Part shown: positions 52,505 to 64,000 of the stretch, in pieces
How the letters are laid out: each line of letters begins with the position of its first letter
How positions within the stretch are numbered: position 1 is the first letter of the stretch
DNA from: Octopus vulgaris
Lineage: Eukaryota
Reading direction: 5' to 3'
Assembly (NCBI GenBank): GCA_951406725.2
Contig: OX597818.1
Coordinates: 68,882,001-68,946,000, forward strand
DNA: 64,000 nt
Made by a program: the position numbers and the translations under genes
Notes under the pieces: generated by a model
The model's input: only the letters and a program-made list of their open reading frames with translations
The model's database searches: none
Told to the model about the DNA's origin: nothing

Positions 52505-52920
52505 TATTCTTTTACTTGCTTCAATCATTAGACTGCGGCCATACTGGAGCACCACCTTAAATGGTTTTTTTAGTCAAAGAAATCAATCCCAGGACTTATT
52601 CTTTGCAAGTCTAGTATTTATTCTATCAATCATTTTTGCCAAGCAGCTAGGTCACAGGTGCAACAACACACTAACATCAGTTGTCAAGCGATGGTGGTAG
52701 TGGGGGGTAAACATAGACACAGAGACACATACACATAAATATATACATATAAATGTATGAACGACAGACTTCTTTCAGTTTCTGTCTACCAAATTCACTT
52801 GAAAGGCTTTGGTTGACCCAAGGCTACAGTAGAAGACATTTGCCCAAAATGCCATGCTGTAGGACTGAACCCAGAACCATGTGATTGAGAAGCAAGCTTC
52901 TTACCACACAGCTACGCCTG
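52505..52920 (-). mobile_element. Full-length family A SINE
   Basis: Reverse complement of the family A pattern. Confidence 0.85.
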
Positions 52921-52928
52921 TGTGTGTG

Positions 52929-52977
<49 letters not shown>

Positions 52978-53084
52978 ATACAAATATATATATAATCATT
53001 CTATCTATCTATCTATCTATCATTATGTATATATAGATATATATATATATGTATTTATGTGTATATATTTATGTGTGTATCTTT

Positions 53085-53277
53085 GTGCCTGTTTGCCTTC
53101 CCCACCATCACTTGACAACTAATGCTGGTGTGTTTACATCACTGTGACTTAGCAGCTTGGCAAAAATGATTGATAGAATAAATACTAGGCTTTCAAAGAA
53201 TCAGTCCTGGGGTTGATTTCTTTAACTAAATCCCTTCAAGGTGGTGCTCCAGTGTGGCTGCAGTCTAATGACTGAAT
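53085..53277 (+). mobile_element. Family A SINE 3' half
   Basis: caccatcacttgacaact...cctggggttgattt...ggtggtgctccagtgtggctgcagtc. Confidence 0.78.
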
Positions 53278-53701
53278 ATTTACACACACACACACACACA
53301 CACATCTATATTTATGCACACATGCACACACAGACATATATATATTTACACACACGTACACACACACACACACACACATAGACAGTATAAAACACGGATG
53401 TTAAATGATGATGGCGATGATGATGGTGATGATTTGTATATATGCATGTGTGTATATGTGTGTGTGTCTGTTTGCTTTTTAGTCAAGTTATATATAATCA
53501 GAAATTCTCGTTGAAGGGAAGGATTCCTCCATGCTTTTAGCAAAGGGCATATTTATTCCTATTTGCAAGAAAGGGGTCGACAGGGACTTCGAAATTTAAG
53601 CTTCCTCAAATGTCTGATGGAAGTCAACAGATTATAATTTCGAAATCATTGTCAACTGTTTCCTCGTTAAGGTTGATATGTGTGCATATGTGTCTGTGTG
53701 T

Positions 53702-53766
<65 letters not shown>

Positions 53767-56700
53767 GGAGAGAGAAAGAGAGAGGGAGAGAGAAAGAGTG
53801 TATGCATGTATGCCAGTGAATCATCAGCATCCTAGTTATTTCTGATTTCCCTGCAGACATGAATTGTCTGAGTTATTCCTTACCTGTAGAACCTTCCTAG
53901 AAGGGGAAACAGGAGTGTATCAGTTTCCTTCGTTTCCCTTTTGGTCCTAATTTTCTTGAAGACACTCAATAATGCATTTTCCCTTTTTCTCTGCTTAGTC
54001 TTTTGTCTTAGGATTCGTCACTTTTTCTAATCTCAGAAGTGGCAATTGTTGTTCCTGTTAATATATTTATTTCGATGTGCTTTAAATAACATCTTAAATT
54101 TCATCTAACTCTCTTTTAATTACCTTCCTTAGGCAAATAAAACTGTTGAATTTCTCTTTTATAGTAAATTTAGGGATTTATGTTTGCTTGAACATAAATA
54201 GAATGCAAGAAGGGATAATTTATTAAGCAAATCTCTATTCAACCTTTCAAAATCAGCAATTTACGAAATTTTATATTGGGATATGTGAAGGACCTTTCAA
54301 GGACCATTGCACAAACAGCAAATCCACTTCACAGTGAAATGAACAACAAATATGGTAGATTTATCTATAGGAAAGATAATTACAGAACTACCCTTGTTAA
54401 TGACAGGTGGATGGAAGGAATGAACCAATTTAATGGAGATCCTTTTGTGTGGAAGAACAACATTGTTAGCCGTAATTTGAATGGTGATAGAACTTGTAGC
54501 AGTAGGGGTGTGATATATTCTTGCAGAAATCGAGATAATGTGTAAGAACTGTTTCCTGAGTGAGTGTTTATCTGTTTCCCTTGCTGGTTACTGAACATGT
54601 AGGGTGGAACATGGTGAAGAATCAGATGTGAAGATAAGCTTTTTAAGGACGTAGCAAAACATCTCTAGGAAAGTGCTATTAATCTGGTTGGGGGATTAAG
54701 AAGTTTGCATGCCAACCATATGGTTTCGGGTTCAGTCCCACTGTGCAGCATTTTGAGTGTGTTTCTACCACAGCTCTGGGCCAACCAAATCTTGTTACAG
54801 ATTTGGTTGACAGAAAGTGAAAGAATACCACTATATGAGTGTGTGTGTGTGTGTACGTATGTTTGTATTGTTTGTGTATGTGTGTGTGCATGTTTGTGAG
54901 TGTATGTTTGTGTGTGTATATTTGTGTATGTGTGTGTATGTTTGTGTGTGTATATGTGTGTGGTTGTGTGTGTTTGTGTGTATATGTATACGTTTGAGTG
55001 TGTGTGTATGTTTGCATGTTTGTGTCTTTGTGTGTGTGTGTGTGTTTGTGTGTGTGTTTGTATGTGTGTGTGTGTGCGTGCTGTGCCTGTCTTGACATCC
55101 TGTGATTGTTGTAAATGAAACGGTGAATCATTCCCAATATTCTGCAAACGAATGTTTCGTCTTAGAGAAATATCACCTCACTCGGAAGCAGATGAGAGTT
55201 GCAACAAAAAGGACTTCCTCAGTAAACTCTTCCTTATCCATGCAATCCAGGAAAAGTGGACGACAAAATGACAATTTCGATGACGATGATGGTAGTGGTG
55301 GTGGTGGTGGTGGTGGTGGTGGTAGTGGCGGTGGTTGTAGTGGTGGTGGTTGTGGTGGTGGTGGTGGTGGTGATGCTTGGCTGTTCTCAAAAGATCAGAG
55401 CTAACCTTCATTCATAGCTAAAAGAAATGTTTTAGAATTGGGGCAGTGCCAATATTTTTTCTCAACCTCAGCTGGAGGTGAATTATTTTGAAGGACTCAA
55501 AGCCTTTCCAGTGAGTTGATCGCATTTCATTTCAGTGACCAACTGCTGGGTTGGCATTTCTTGTACACCCCTCTTTGTCTGGTTTGATAAAAAGAAAAGA
55601 AGACCAAATTATAAAAAAGTCAAATAGAAACAGTTATGTGAAAAGAGCTAAGAAAGGAAGGCAAATATTTTTAACAAAGATTGTATGAAGAGAAATGAAA
55701 TGAAATTGGCTAAGAAAATATGCAAAAGTGGGGTTAGGAAGATAATGAAAGACAGAAAACGATATCAAAGAGAATAAATTGGGAACCAAAGCCAAATCTG
55801 AAACAGAAAAAATGACCTGACGCCAACGCAGGAAACCTTTATTATGATCCTATTAATATCTGTCATTTTCCCTGCTGCTATGGGTTTCGTTTGTCTCTAG
55901 CATCATTTCATGTATTTCCCTTTTATGAAATTTCATCAGTGAAGCACATCTATTTCAGACATGATCTAACTAATCCTTTTCTTAATAATAGTAATAAGTT
56001 CATTGCATACAGTGCTCTGGTGCTCTACAGCTTTCCAGAAAAGCCTCAAAGAGGAGACACAGAAAGCAGTAAAAGATCATGTAGAGAAATATAGCAATGA
56101 TGGCCAAAAGTGGATGCACAGCAAACAAAATAAAACAGAAAAAAGACATGAAAGGGAACAGTAAAAGAAGCATAAAAAGTAAAAGATGTACAGGTAGAGT
56201 GGGAGTAGAATTGGTAAAACTGGGAAGCATGGAATTTTCAAAGTCTGTGCTGTCCTGACAATTAAGAACCAACTGAGATAGTTTATTCTATGCTTTGACA
56301 ATTTTCAGTGTGAAGCAACATTTCTGAATACTGTGGGTGCTGTGCTTTGTGACTTGGAATATTTCTTCTAAAAGAATCTAAGAAATTCTTAAATCTAAAA
56401 TATTCCATACATTATGATGCTATTGATTTTCATATTTTTCACTGGAAAAACAAGATTCTTGCATATTTTCACTTGAAAAGCAAACACCAAGATTGTTGTT
56501 TATATTTTTTCAAAGACCAATAGTCTTTCCTAATAGAACCTTGAATCTGACAACAAAGACTTTGGTAAAATATTTTATTAAAAAAATAACATCAGCAATG
56601 TAGCTCAATACTTCTCTGTCTGTCTGTCTGTCTTTCTGCAATGGCAGCCGTGGAATTGGACTTCCTCATTATAAGTCATGAATTCCGTTTTTAACTTCAA

Positions 56701-56879
56701 CCATACAAACATGTTTTTTACTTTTGATGTAAATTTCAAATAATAACAAAATTAAAGAAAAAACTCTGACCTAAACTCACTGGCACATGCTTGTGCATAC
56801 ATACATACAGACATACATACATACATACAATTACCACTTGGAAAAAAAACCTGCCCTGGAATAAACACAGAGAATCCCC

Positions 56880-57320
56880 CTGTTGTTGAATATATTGAAT
56901 ATATACACAGATATCAACACAAGAATATTGGAGAAACATTCCCATCAAAATATCTGTCGAGTGTAAACATAACAGGCCAGATATTGTTATTTGGGACGGA
57001 CGAGTAAAATTATGTATCCTTACAGAGGTTAGCAGTCCTGCTGATGTAATTATCTCTTTTGAAAATCAGAGAGAAAGAGCATAACTATGGATAAGTGCTT
57101 CGAAACGTCTAGCTTCTTCTATATCCAGATTATAAATTCACATTTACACAGGCAATAATAATTGGTGCAATTGGTTTTGTCAGTAAATACCAAACTGACA
57201 ATCTGGATAAACCTGGATTTTCAGAAAAACGAAAACAACCAACTAACTTGCACATTGCAAACACAATTTGTAAGTGGAACAGTAAAAACATGCAAGACTT
57301 TCATCAAGTTTTAAAAAGAA
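56880..57320 (+). mobile_element. RLE non-LTR retrotransposon endonuclease fragment (R4-like, divergent subfamily)
   Basis: EYWRNIPIKISVECKHNRPDIVIWD...LCILTEVSSPAD...KEHNYG*...YPDYKF...IIIGAIGFV, with stops and frameshifts. Confidence 0.75.
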
Positions 57321-57545
57321 TCTGACATTGTTTTTGTTATCTACATTTGGAAAATGACAAAGTTTTGTATCTCTGTTAGAAATCACTTGCTTCCTCAGAG
57401 GAAGAATTTCAATAATTAAAAACAGAAGAGGACATACATATATACATATGCACATACATGCATACATATATACATACTTACATACATATAATATACATAT
57501 ATGTATATACACATATATACATACATGCATACATATATACATATA

Positions 57546-58440
57546 TTGTGTCATCCCATAAATAATGTAGATTTTTCAATTGCATGAACTAAAAGTCAGA
57601 GGGGGAATGGGATAAATTACCTGCATCAACTTGTTGTAAAAGCAGGTAGTAATTTTACCTTGTCCTTATTCTTAGTCCAAGTTTTGAATAGTGCAGTTTG
57701 ATTTTAACTGTTATTTTTTCAAAGCTATAATAGAAGTGACAAAGGAGTATATTCAGCATATTTTGTTTTATGAGTTCAGTAAAGGCAACACCGCAATGGA
57801 AAGTGTGAGGAATATTAATGCAGTCTATGGGGATCGGACAATAAGTGTAAACCAGTCTTAATTGTGGTTCCAGAAATTTTGAGCTGGGAATTACAGCCTA
57901 GAAGACAAATCTCATCCTGGAAGATCTGTAGAGCTCAATGAGAGTGTCCTGGAAACCATGGTGGAACAAAATCCTATTGTAACTCTTGAGGAACTATGTT
58001 GAAGAACTAGCAGAGAAGCTTGGATTGGGTCATTCAACCATTCATCAATACCTGCATGCCAATGGAAAATGACCATCTTTGGTTTCAAGACGAAAGGTGT
58101 TCTTCCATCAGAATAATTTTTGGTCACATAAAGTGAGGATGACATTCCTAAAGCTGGAGCAGTTTGAATGGGAAACAAGGCCCCACCCACCATATCCGCC
58201 AGACATTGCTCCAATTAAATATTATTTATTCCAAAGTCTTCTCAGAACAGTGCTGGGGGAGTATTTTTCTTCATGGATAAGTGAATTTTGGGAGAGGCCT
58301 TGCAAGTCTACCAGACAGATGGAAGAGCAGTGTAGAAAATGAAGGAGAGAATATTTTAGATTATAAAAGAAATTTGTTTATCTTGATTTTGAAAAATTGA
58401 AGAAGTATAAAAAAGCCGCATTATTTATGAGATGACCTAA
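57546..58440 (+). mobile_element. Internally deleted mariner with both TIRs and TA TSD
   Basis: TA-TTGTGTCATCCCATAAATAATG ... CATTATTTATGAGATGACCTAA-TA; remnants VFFHQNN and WETRPHPPYPPDIAPIKYYLFQSL. Confidence 0.92.
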
Positions 58441-58890
58441 TATATGTGTGTGTATGCGGGAGTGTAAATGTATATCTGTAAATATATATAAACATATAGT
58501 TATGCGCATGAATGTCTAAATATATATGTATTATGTTATGTGTATGCATGTAAGCACTTACGTATATATGAGGATGAGTATCTGTAAGAAAGGAAATCGG
58601 TTTGGAATCCTGTTCAGTCGGCTGTTTTATAATTTATTGGGATACACTGTGACATTTGGGAAATAATACAACAATTTGGCATTTGTAATAACGTGTATTG
58701 AGTTAATTTGAGTATGACAATCTGAATTTCAATTCCATTTCTAGTATCTTGAAAGGATTTGATTTTAAGAATATACTCTGGAATTAATTAACTACAATGC
58801 AAAAGGAATTTCCCTCTTTCCCTTTCTCTCTCTCTCTCTCTCTCCCTATATGTGTCAGCATATATATATATGTATATATACATACATATA

Positions 58891-59106
58891 CAGTAAGTCC
58901 TCAACCACCGCAGGTATTACATTGTAAAACCCACTGCGATAGGTGAAAATCCATGAAGTAGGAACAGCATTGCACTGTATATATTGGTTTTAAGTATTTT
59001 TATAACTTCTATATATTTATTTTATTATAAATGCAAAACAACACCACAGAGGAATCGACGTAAGCTTAAGTAATAAACTGCAATAGGTGAAGCATTGGGA
59101 TTACTG
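58891..59106. mobile_element. pogo/Tigger-type MITE
   Basis: TA-CAGTAAGTCC ... GGGATTACTG-TA; internal repeat ctgc(g/a)ataggtgaa. Confidence 0.72.
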
Positions 59107-59154
<48 letters not shown>

Positions 59155-59156
<2 letters not shown>

Positions 59157-59416
59157 TAAAAACGGTAAGATAACAAAAGAAAGAAAGAGACCTCAATATT
59201 ATGTAAATAGAGGAAATTTATCTATACAATAATATGTTACATTACTCGATAGTCAATATAAAACTCTGAGTTTCAGATGCCAAAGTGGGAATCCACAACA
59301 CCATCTTTTCGGTTATCTGGCTATAACCAGATAACCGAAGAGATGGTGTTGTGGATTTCCACTTCGGCATCTGAAACTCAGAGTTTTATCTTGACTATCG
59401 AGTAATGTAACATATT

Positions 59417-59424
<8 letters not shown>
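59155..59424. mobile_element. Family G element folded into a ~100 bp-arm palindrome, between (TA)n tracts
   Basis: 59223-59320 is the reverse complement of 59327-59424 with few mismatches. Confidence 0.85.
59329..59391 (+). ncRNA. Minimal type-I hammerhead ribozyme-like motif (family G)
   Basis: AGATAA CCGAAGA GATG..CATC T GAAA CTCAGAG T T TTATCT: 6 bp helix I, C3-G8 core with U4C, near-palindromic helix III. Confidence 0.65.
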
Positions 59425-59457
<33 letters not shown>

Positions 59458-59459
<2 letters not shown>

Positions 59460-59845
59460 AGTGGAAGCACTCCGTCGGTTACGACGATGAGGGTTCTGGT
59501 TGATCCGAATCAACGGAACAGCCTGCTCGTGAAATTAACGTGTAAGTGGCTGAGCACTCCACAGACACGTGCACCCTTAACGTAGTTCTCGGGGATATTC
59601 AGCATGACACAGAGAGTGACAAGGCCGGCCCTTTGAAATACAGGTACAACAGAAACAGGAAGTAAGAGTGAGAGAAAGTTGTGGTGAAAGAGTACAGCAG
59701 GGATCACCACCATCCCCTGCCGGAGCCTCGTGGAGCTTTAGGTGTTTTCACTCAATAAACACTCACAACGCCCGGTCTGGGTATCGAAACCGCGATCCTA
59801 CGACCGCGAGTCCGCTGCCCTAACCACTGGGCCATTGCGCCTCCA
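59458..59845 (-). mobile_element. Full-length tRNA(Arg)-like SINE family E in (TA)n
   Basis: Minus head GGAGGCGCAATGGCCCAGTGGTTAGGGCAGCGGACTCGCGGTCGTAGGATCGCGGTTTCGATACCC (A and B boxes, TCG at the anticodon-like position); CpG-rich; a tail fragment recurs at about 46040-46100. Confidence 0.88.
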
Positions 59846-59932
59846 ACATATATATATATATGTATATATAAAATTAAGAGAATGAGATAAAAATCCAAGG
59901 CTGTGAAAGATTTCAGAACATTTATAAAGAGG

Positions 59933-59978
59933 TCTTACAGCTGTTTCTGGGACATTTTATATATCCCTTCATCGGAGA
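59933..59978 (-). ncRNA. Minimal hammerhead-like motif (family K)
   Basis: TCT CCGATGA A GGGATAT ATAAA ATGTCCC A GAAA CAGCTG T A AGA: palindromic helix III ACAGCTGT, GUA triplet. Confidence 0.62.
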
Positions 59979-60094
59979 TGGTATGAGAAAATGGTTAAGC
60001 AATAGTTATTCCAGAGAAGATATGAAATAAAGAGTGAAGTGGAGGAATGAAAACAGATGTGAGATATGCAGGGGTATTATATCTGCAGTTCCAT

Positions 60095-60177
60095 TATTTA
60101 AGCAGAATGGTATACATACAAGTTTCCTGTACCTTGTGTGTACAGGAAGCTTATATGTATACCATCCTGCTTAAATA
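60095..60177. repeat. ~38 bp-arm hairpin
   Basis: tatttaagcagaatggtatacatacaagtttcctgtac / gtacaggaagcttatatgtataccatcctgcttaaata. Confidence 0.9.
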
Positions 60178-60189
60178 TATATTTATATA

Positions 60190-60345
60190 TTGATAAAAAT
60201 GGTAAGATAACAAAAGAAAGAAAGAGACCTCGATATTATGTAAATAGAGGAATTTATCTGTAAATGTAATATGTGACAATTATTCGGTAGCCAAGATAAA
60301 ACTCTGAGTTTCGGATGCCGAGGTGGAAATCCATGCCACCATCAC
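60190..60345 (-). mobile_element. Family G fragment carrying the 3' half of the hammerhead
   Basis: Matches 59155-59305; minus strand GATGG..CATC C GAAA CTCAGAG TT TTATCT. Confidence 0.75.
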
Positions 60346-60399
60346 TTATAAGAGGTTGAAAATGCACTGGTTATGTTTTGGATGGTTTATTTTTAAAGG

Positions 60400-60436
60400 C
60401 TTAACCAGTTTCACAGATTATTGTGATTTTCAAAAG
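60400..60436 (-). ncRNA. Minimal hammerhead-like motif, U3-A8 core (family H)
   Basis: CTT TTGAAAA T CA..TG T GAAA CTGG T T AAG; flank homologous to 14615-14700. Confidence 0.5.
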
Positions 60437-61364
60437 TTGAGACAGAAAAACACAGAAGTTTAGCACACCTGACATGCTTCTGATTAAAGTCTGAAAATTC
60501 TCTTGTATTTATACAGAGAACATGGCTCAAATTAGTACCTGTTTAGGATACAATTTAATTGGCAGAGGCTAATCATGTGATTAGGCTTAGAAAGTTTTGT
60601 AATATCCCTCCCACTACATCCCTGCATTAATGTCACGTGATAGTTTGTGATGAAGACTAAGGTTGATACAGTTGAGTGAATCCTTATCCTTTAACATCCG
60701 TTTCCCATGCAGGTGCATGGCTTGGATGGTCTGAGTGAGAATTGGTAAGCTGGAGAGCTGCACCAGGTGCCAGTTTCAAGGTGGGTGTGAGTGTATATAT
60801 TTATACATATCCTTCATCTTCTTCTGATTGTTTTCCTCCCCTCCTTCCCTGTCTCCCTCTTATCGTTATACATATCCTCCCTCTTAATTCCCCCACTATC
60901 CCCACATAATATCTCTTCCACTCACCTCACATACTCACTTTTTATTTTTTTTAAAATTTCCTCCTGATATTTTCCTAGCAACAATGTCTGAAGGATGCAC
61001 AATGTATTAGCACACCTTCGATGCAAATCTGATGAAATCTCTCTACAAAGTCTAAAACCACAAATATTACACGATTTGTCATTTGGAATTTTCGCGTAAA
61101 CTGTTATTGCAAATGGAGATGGTCCAGAAAGATTTGTAACTTATAATTAAAGGTGTGTTAAATAATTTTCTTTATCTTCTTCTGCTTCTTTTCATTCTAT
61201 ATATGTGTGTAAATAAATCACACATTGGTTTGCGTTGGAGGATTGTGATAGCAGTTCTAGTAGCAGAAGTTGCCTGAAGATCACAGTAGCCTGAAACTCA
61301 AGTCATGAGCAATTCTCTGTTTCAGTTTGAAAATATATCGTTAGCCACTACACACATTTTTTCT

Positions 61365-61525
61365 CTCTTGGTTTCTCTCCTTGTTTTTTTTCTGTGTCCC
61401 TTTCTGTAGAAGAGCGTAGGCTTGAAACGTAAAAGACTTTTTCTATTCCTGTGCGTTTTACTAATACATCTGTTTGTTTTCTACACCACCTCTCTTCGTC
61501 TTTTGTTTTTTTCGTAAACTCTCCC
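61365..61525 (+). mobile_element. Family F short repeat with a hammerhead-like motif at 61400-61435
   Basis: CTTT CTGTAGA A GAGC GTAG GCTT GAAA CGT A AAAG; followed by (TA)n. Confidence 0.65.
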
Positions 61526-61529
61526 TATA

Positions 61530-61560
<31 letters not shown>

Positions 61561-61888
61561 GTGTGTGTGTGCGTGTGTGTGTGAGTGTGCATATATGTAT
61601 GTATATATATTTATATGTGTATATGTGTATATATGTATATATCATCATCATCATCATTAGAGAGAAAGAGAGAGATGGTGGTGAAGAAGTGTCAGGGTGG
61701 ACCCTCAAGGAACAAGGAGGTTAATATTAAGTGATATGGTAGAGAAGATTGAATAAGATGAGTGGGTGGGGGAGTTCGTGAGAGTACAAAAGGAGAGTGG
61801 AATGTAGAGGGAGGGGGAAGGGTGTGCAGTGAATAGTGAACACAGGTTGATACACGTGTGTATATGTATATATATATATATACGCATA

Positions 61889-61925
<37 letters not shown>

Positions 61926-62404
61926 ATAGCTTAACCCATGCTAGCATGCAAGACGGAAGTTTATATAATGATGATGCTGATGATGATGTCTACATATGTA
62001 TAGACACACATACACATACACACATGTGCATGCACACATCAAACACACATATACATCATATATACTCATGTGTGCATGCGCAGATCCACATATATTCATG
62101 TGCACACATGCTCGCACATGCACACACACACACAGACACACACACATATATTAGTATACACGCACACACACACACACATATATTACTATATACGCACACA
62201 CACACACACACGTGTGTGTTTCAATGGTTGATTGTTGAGGCATGAAACAATTCTGATAGTAAATTGAAAGCAAACCAGAATAATATTTACATTTTCTTTA
62301 GTTTACATAAGAAAAAAACAAAAAAATAGGAAAATCAAAAATCAAAATGAAGACGCAAGGAATAACAAAAATATTCATATTTTATTTCAATTTCAGCAGG
62401 TTTT

Positions 62405-62533
62405 TATTTATCATTGTTGTTGTTATTGTTGTTGTTGCTGCTGTTGTTGTTGCTGTCGTTATTGTTGCCATTAGTGTCGTTGTTGTTGTTGTTGTTGTTC
62501 TTGTTGTTGTTGTTGTTCTTCTTCTTCTTCTTC

Positions 62534-62610
<77 letters not shown>

Positions 62611-62672
62611 ACTGTTGTTGCTGTTGTTGTTGTTGTTGTTTTTATTATTATTATTATTATTACTATTATTAC
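62405..62672 (+). repeat. Compound GTT/CTT/ATT trinucleotide array
   Basis: Direct reading. Confidence 0.95.
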
Positions 62673-62724
62673 TGGAACTTCCAGTATATATGTGTATGTG
62701 TGTGTATGAATGTATGTATATACA

Positions 62725-62766
<42 letters not shown>

Positions 62767-63728
62767 CCACATATATATACACACACACACATACGCACAC
62801 ACACACAAACGCAAACACACACACACAAACACGCAAACGCACACACAGACACACACACACACACATTGTCTCTACGTGTGTTCTTATTTGCATTGTAAGA
62901 AATCATAATTCCTCTCTATGTATAATTCATTACTTACCGTTTTCGGATTCAGCTTCTGCCATGGTTTGCTTGTTTCTACATTTTCTTATATTGCCAAATA
63001 TTCCAAGAATAATTTTTTCTTCAGTCTCTAATATTTTCCTTCTTCTAAGTGACCGACCAATTTGTAAAGTAACTTTCTTCCCATTACTCTTCTATGATCT
63101 TCAGTAAAAGCAAGATTGGAAAGGAATTCACCGACATCTCTTGTTACTCGCTGTACACTTGTACAGAACTGGCACCAAAACAGTATTTATGGCAGATTAT
63201 TACTCAAATAAAGAATCAAATGTTTCTTGCATGGCATGAAAGTTCTAGTTAAAGAGAAAATAAAAGGTTGGCTTTTGAAACGTCTTTTCAAAACCATCTT
63301 ATTATAATTCTCATTTGAGTAGATTTAATCTCAGCACTATAAACTAGAACATTTCTGCTGGCCCATTCTCTTTTATTATTTTGGTTCTGCTCTGCTGCTA
63401 TGAATGTAGAGGCTGGGTATTGTTTTTTTCTTCTTTTTTTTACTACCCGCCTTTATTATTTTTTTTTCCAGTTCCAAAGAAAGATAGTATCTAGAATTAG
63501 CAGGAATTCGGTAATGGTTTGCATTGACATGAATCAAATTGGAAATAAAAACTGAAATTTATGATGCTATGTCTTGACATAAAATAAAGATTGAGATTTT
63601 GGATCAATCTTTTATCAGAACAGTGCCTTATTAAAAGAACATCACCAAAACCGAATCCATGGCATTTTTCTAACTTACTTCACTGGATATTTGTTGATAG
63701 ACATATTTCAAGGAAACCTTCTTAATTA

Positions 63729-63882
63729 GTACAGGTGAGGCTGTGTGGTAAAAAGCTGCTTTCCTAACCACATGGCTCCAGGTTCAATCCACACGACACC
63801 TTGGACAAATGTCTTCTACTATTGCCTCAGGCCGACCATATCTTTGTCAGTGGATTTGGTAGATCGAAAGTAAAAGAAGCCC

Positions 63883-63958
<76 letters not shown>

Positions 63959-64000
63959 TGTGTGTTTGTGTGTGTGTGTGTGTGTGTTTGTGTGTTTGTG
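63729..64000 (+). mobile_element. Family A SINE 5' half running into an expanded (GT)n at the window edge
   Basis: ggctgtgtggtaaaaagctgc...ggttcaatcc...gtcttctactattgcctcaggccgacc...aaagaagcccattgtgtg. Confidence 0.8.

Noticed and set aside
54276-54545. 89 aa non-repetitive ORF with a nearby gtaag
   Set aside because: No recognisable domain, no clear acceptor and no partner exons.

Overview
AT-rich, microsatellite-saturated eukaryotic DNA with no host protein-coding exon that I can support. The repeat repertoire looks like an octopus (coleoid cephalopod) intron or intergenic region; this is inferred from recognising the repeats, not from a search. Most listed ORFs are microsatellite artefacts. 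The real content is a transposon graveyard: four tRNA-derived SINE families; 5'-truncated 3' ends of an RTE-like LINE with an internal hairpin array and (GAT)n tail; about seven fragments of R4/Dong-type restriction-like-endonuclease retrotransposons, several next to (TAA)n; one HERO-like fragment; three mariner relics; piggyBac- and pogo-type MITEs; and a Helentron-associated (HINE/DINE-like) element. The most notable hidden signal is a set of about 13 complete, decayed or partial minimal type-I hammerhead-ribozyme motifs from about 7 short repeat families. They have palindromic helix III, several carry a compensated U3-A8 core in place of C3-G8, and they often lie in inverted pairs, the architecture known for Penelope-like element termini. 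Coordinates were read by eye and may be off by a few bases; boundaries of degenerate repeats are approximate.
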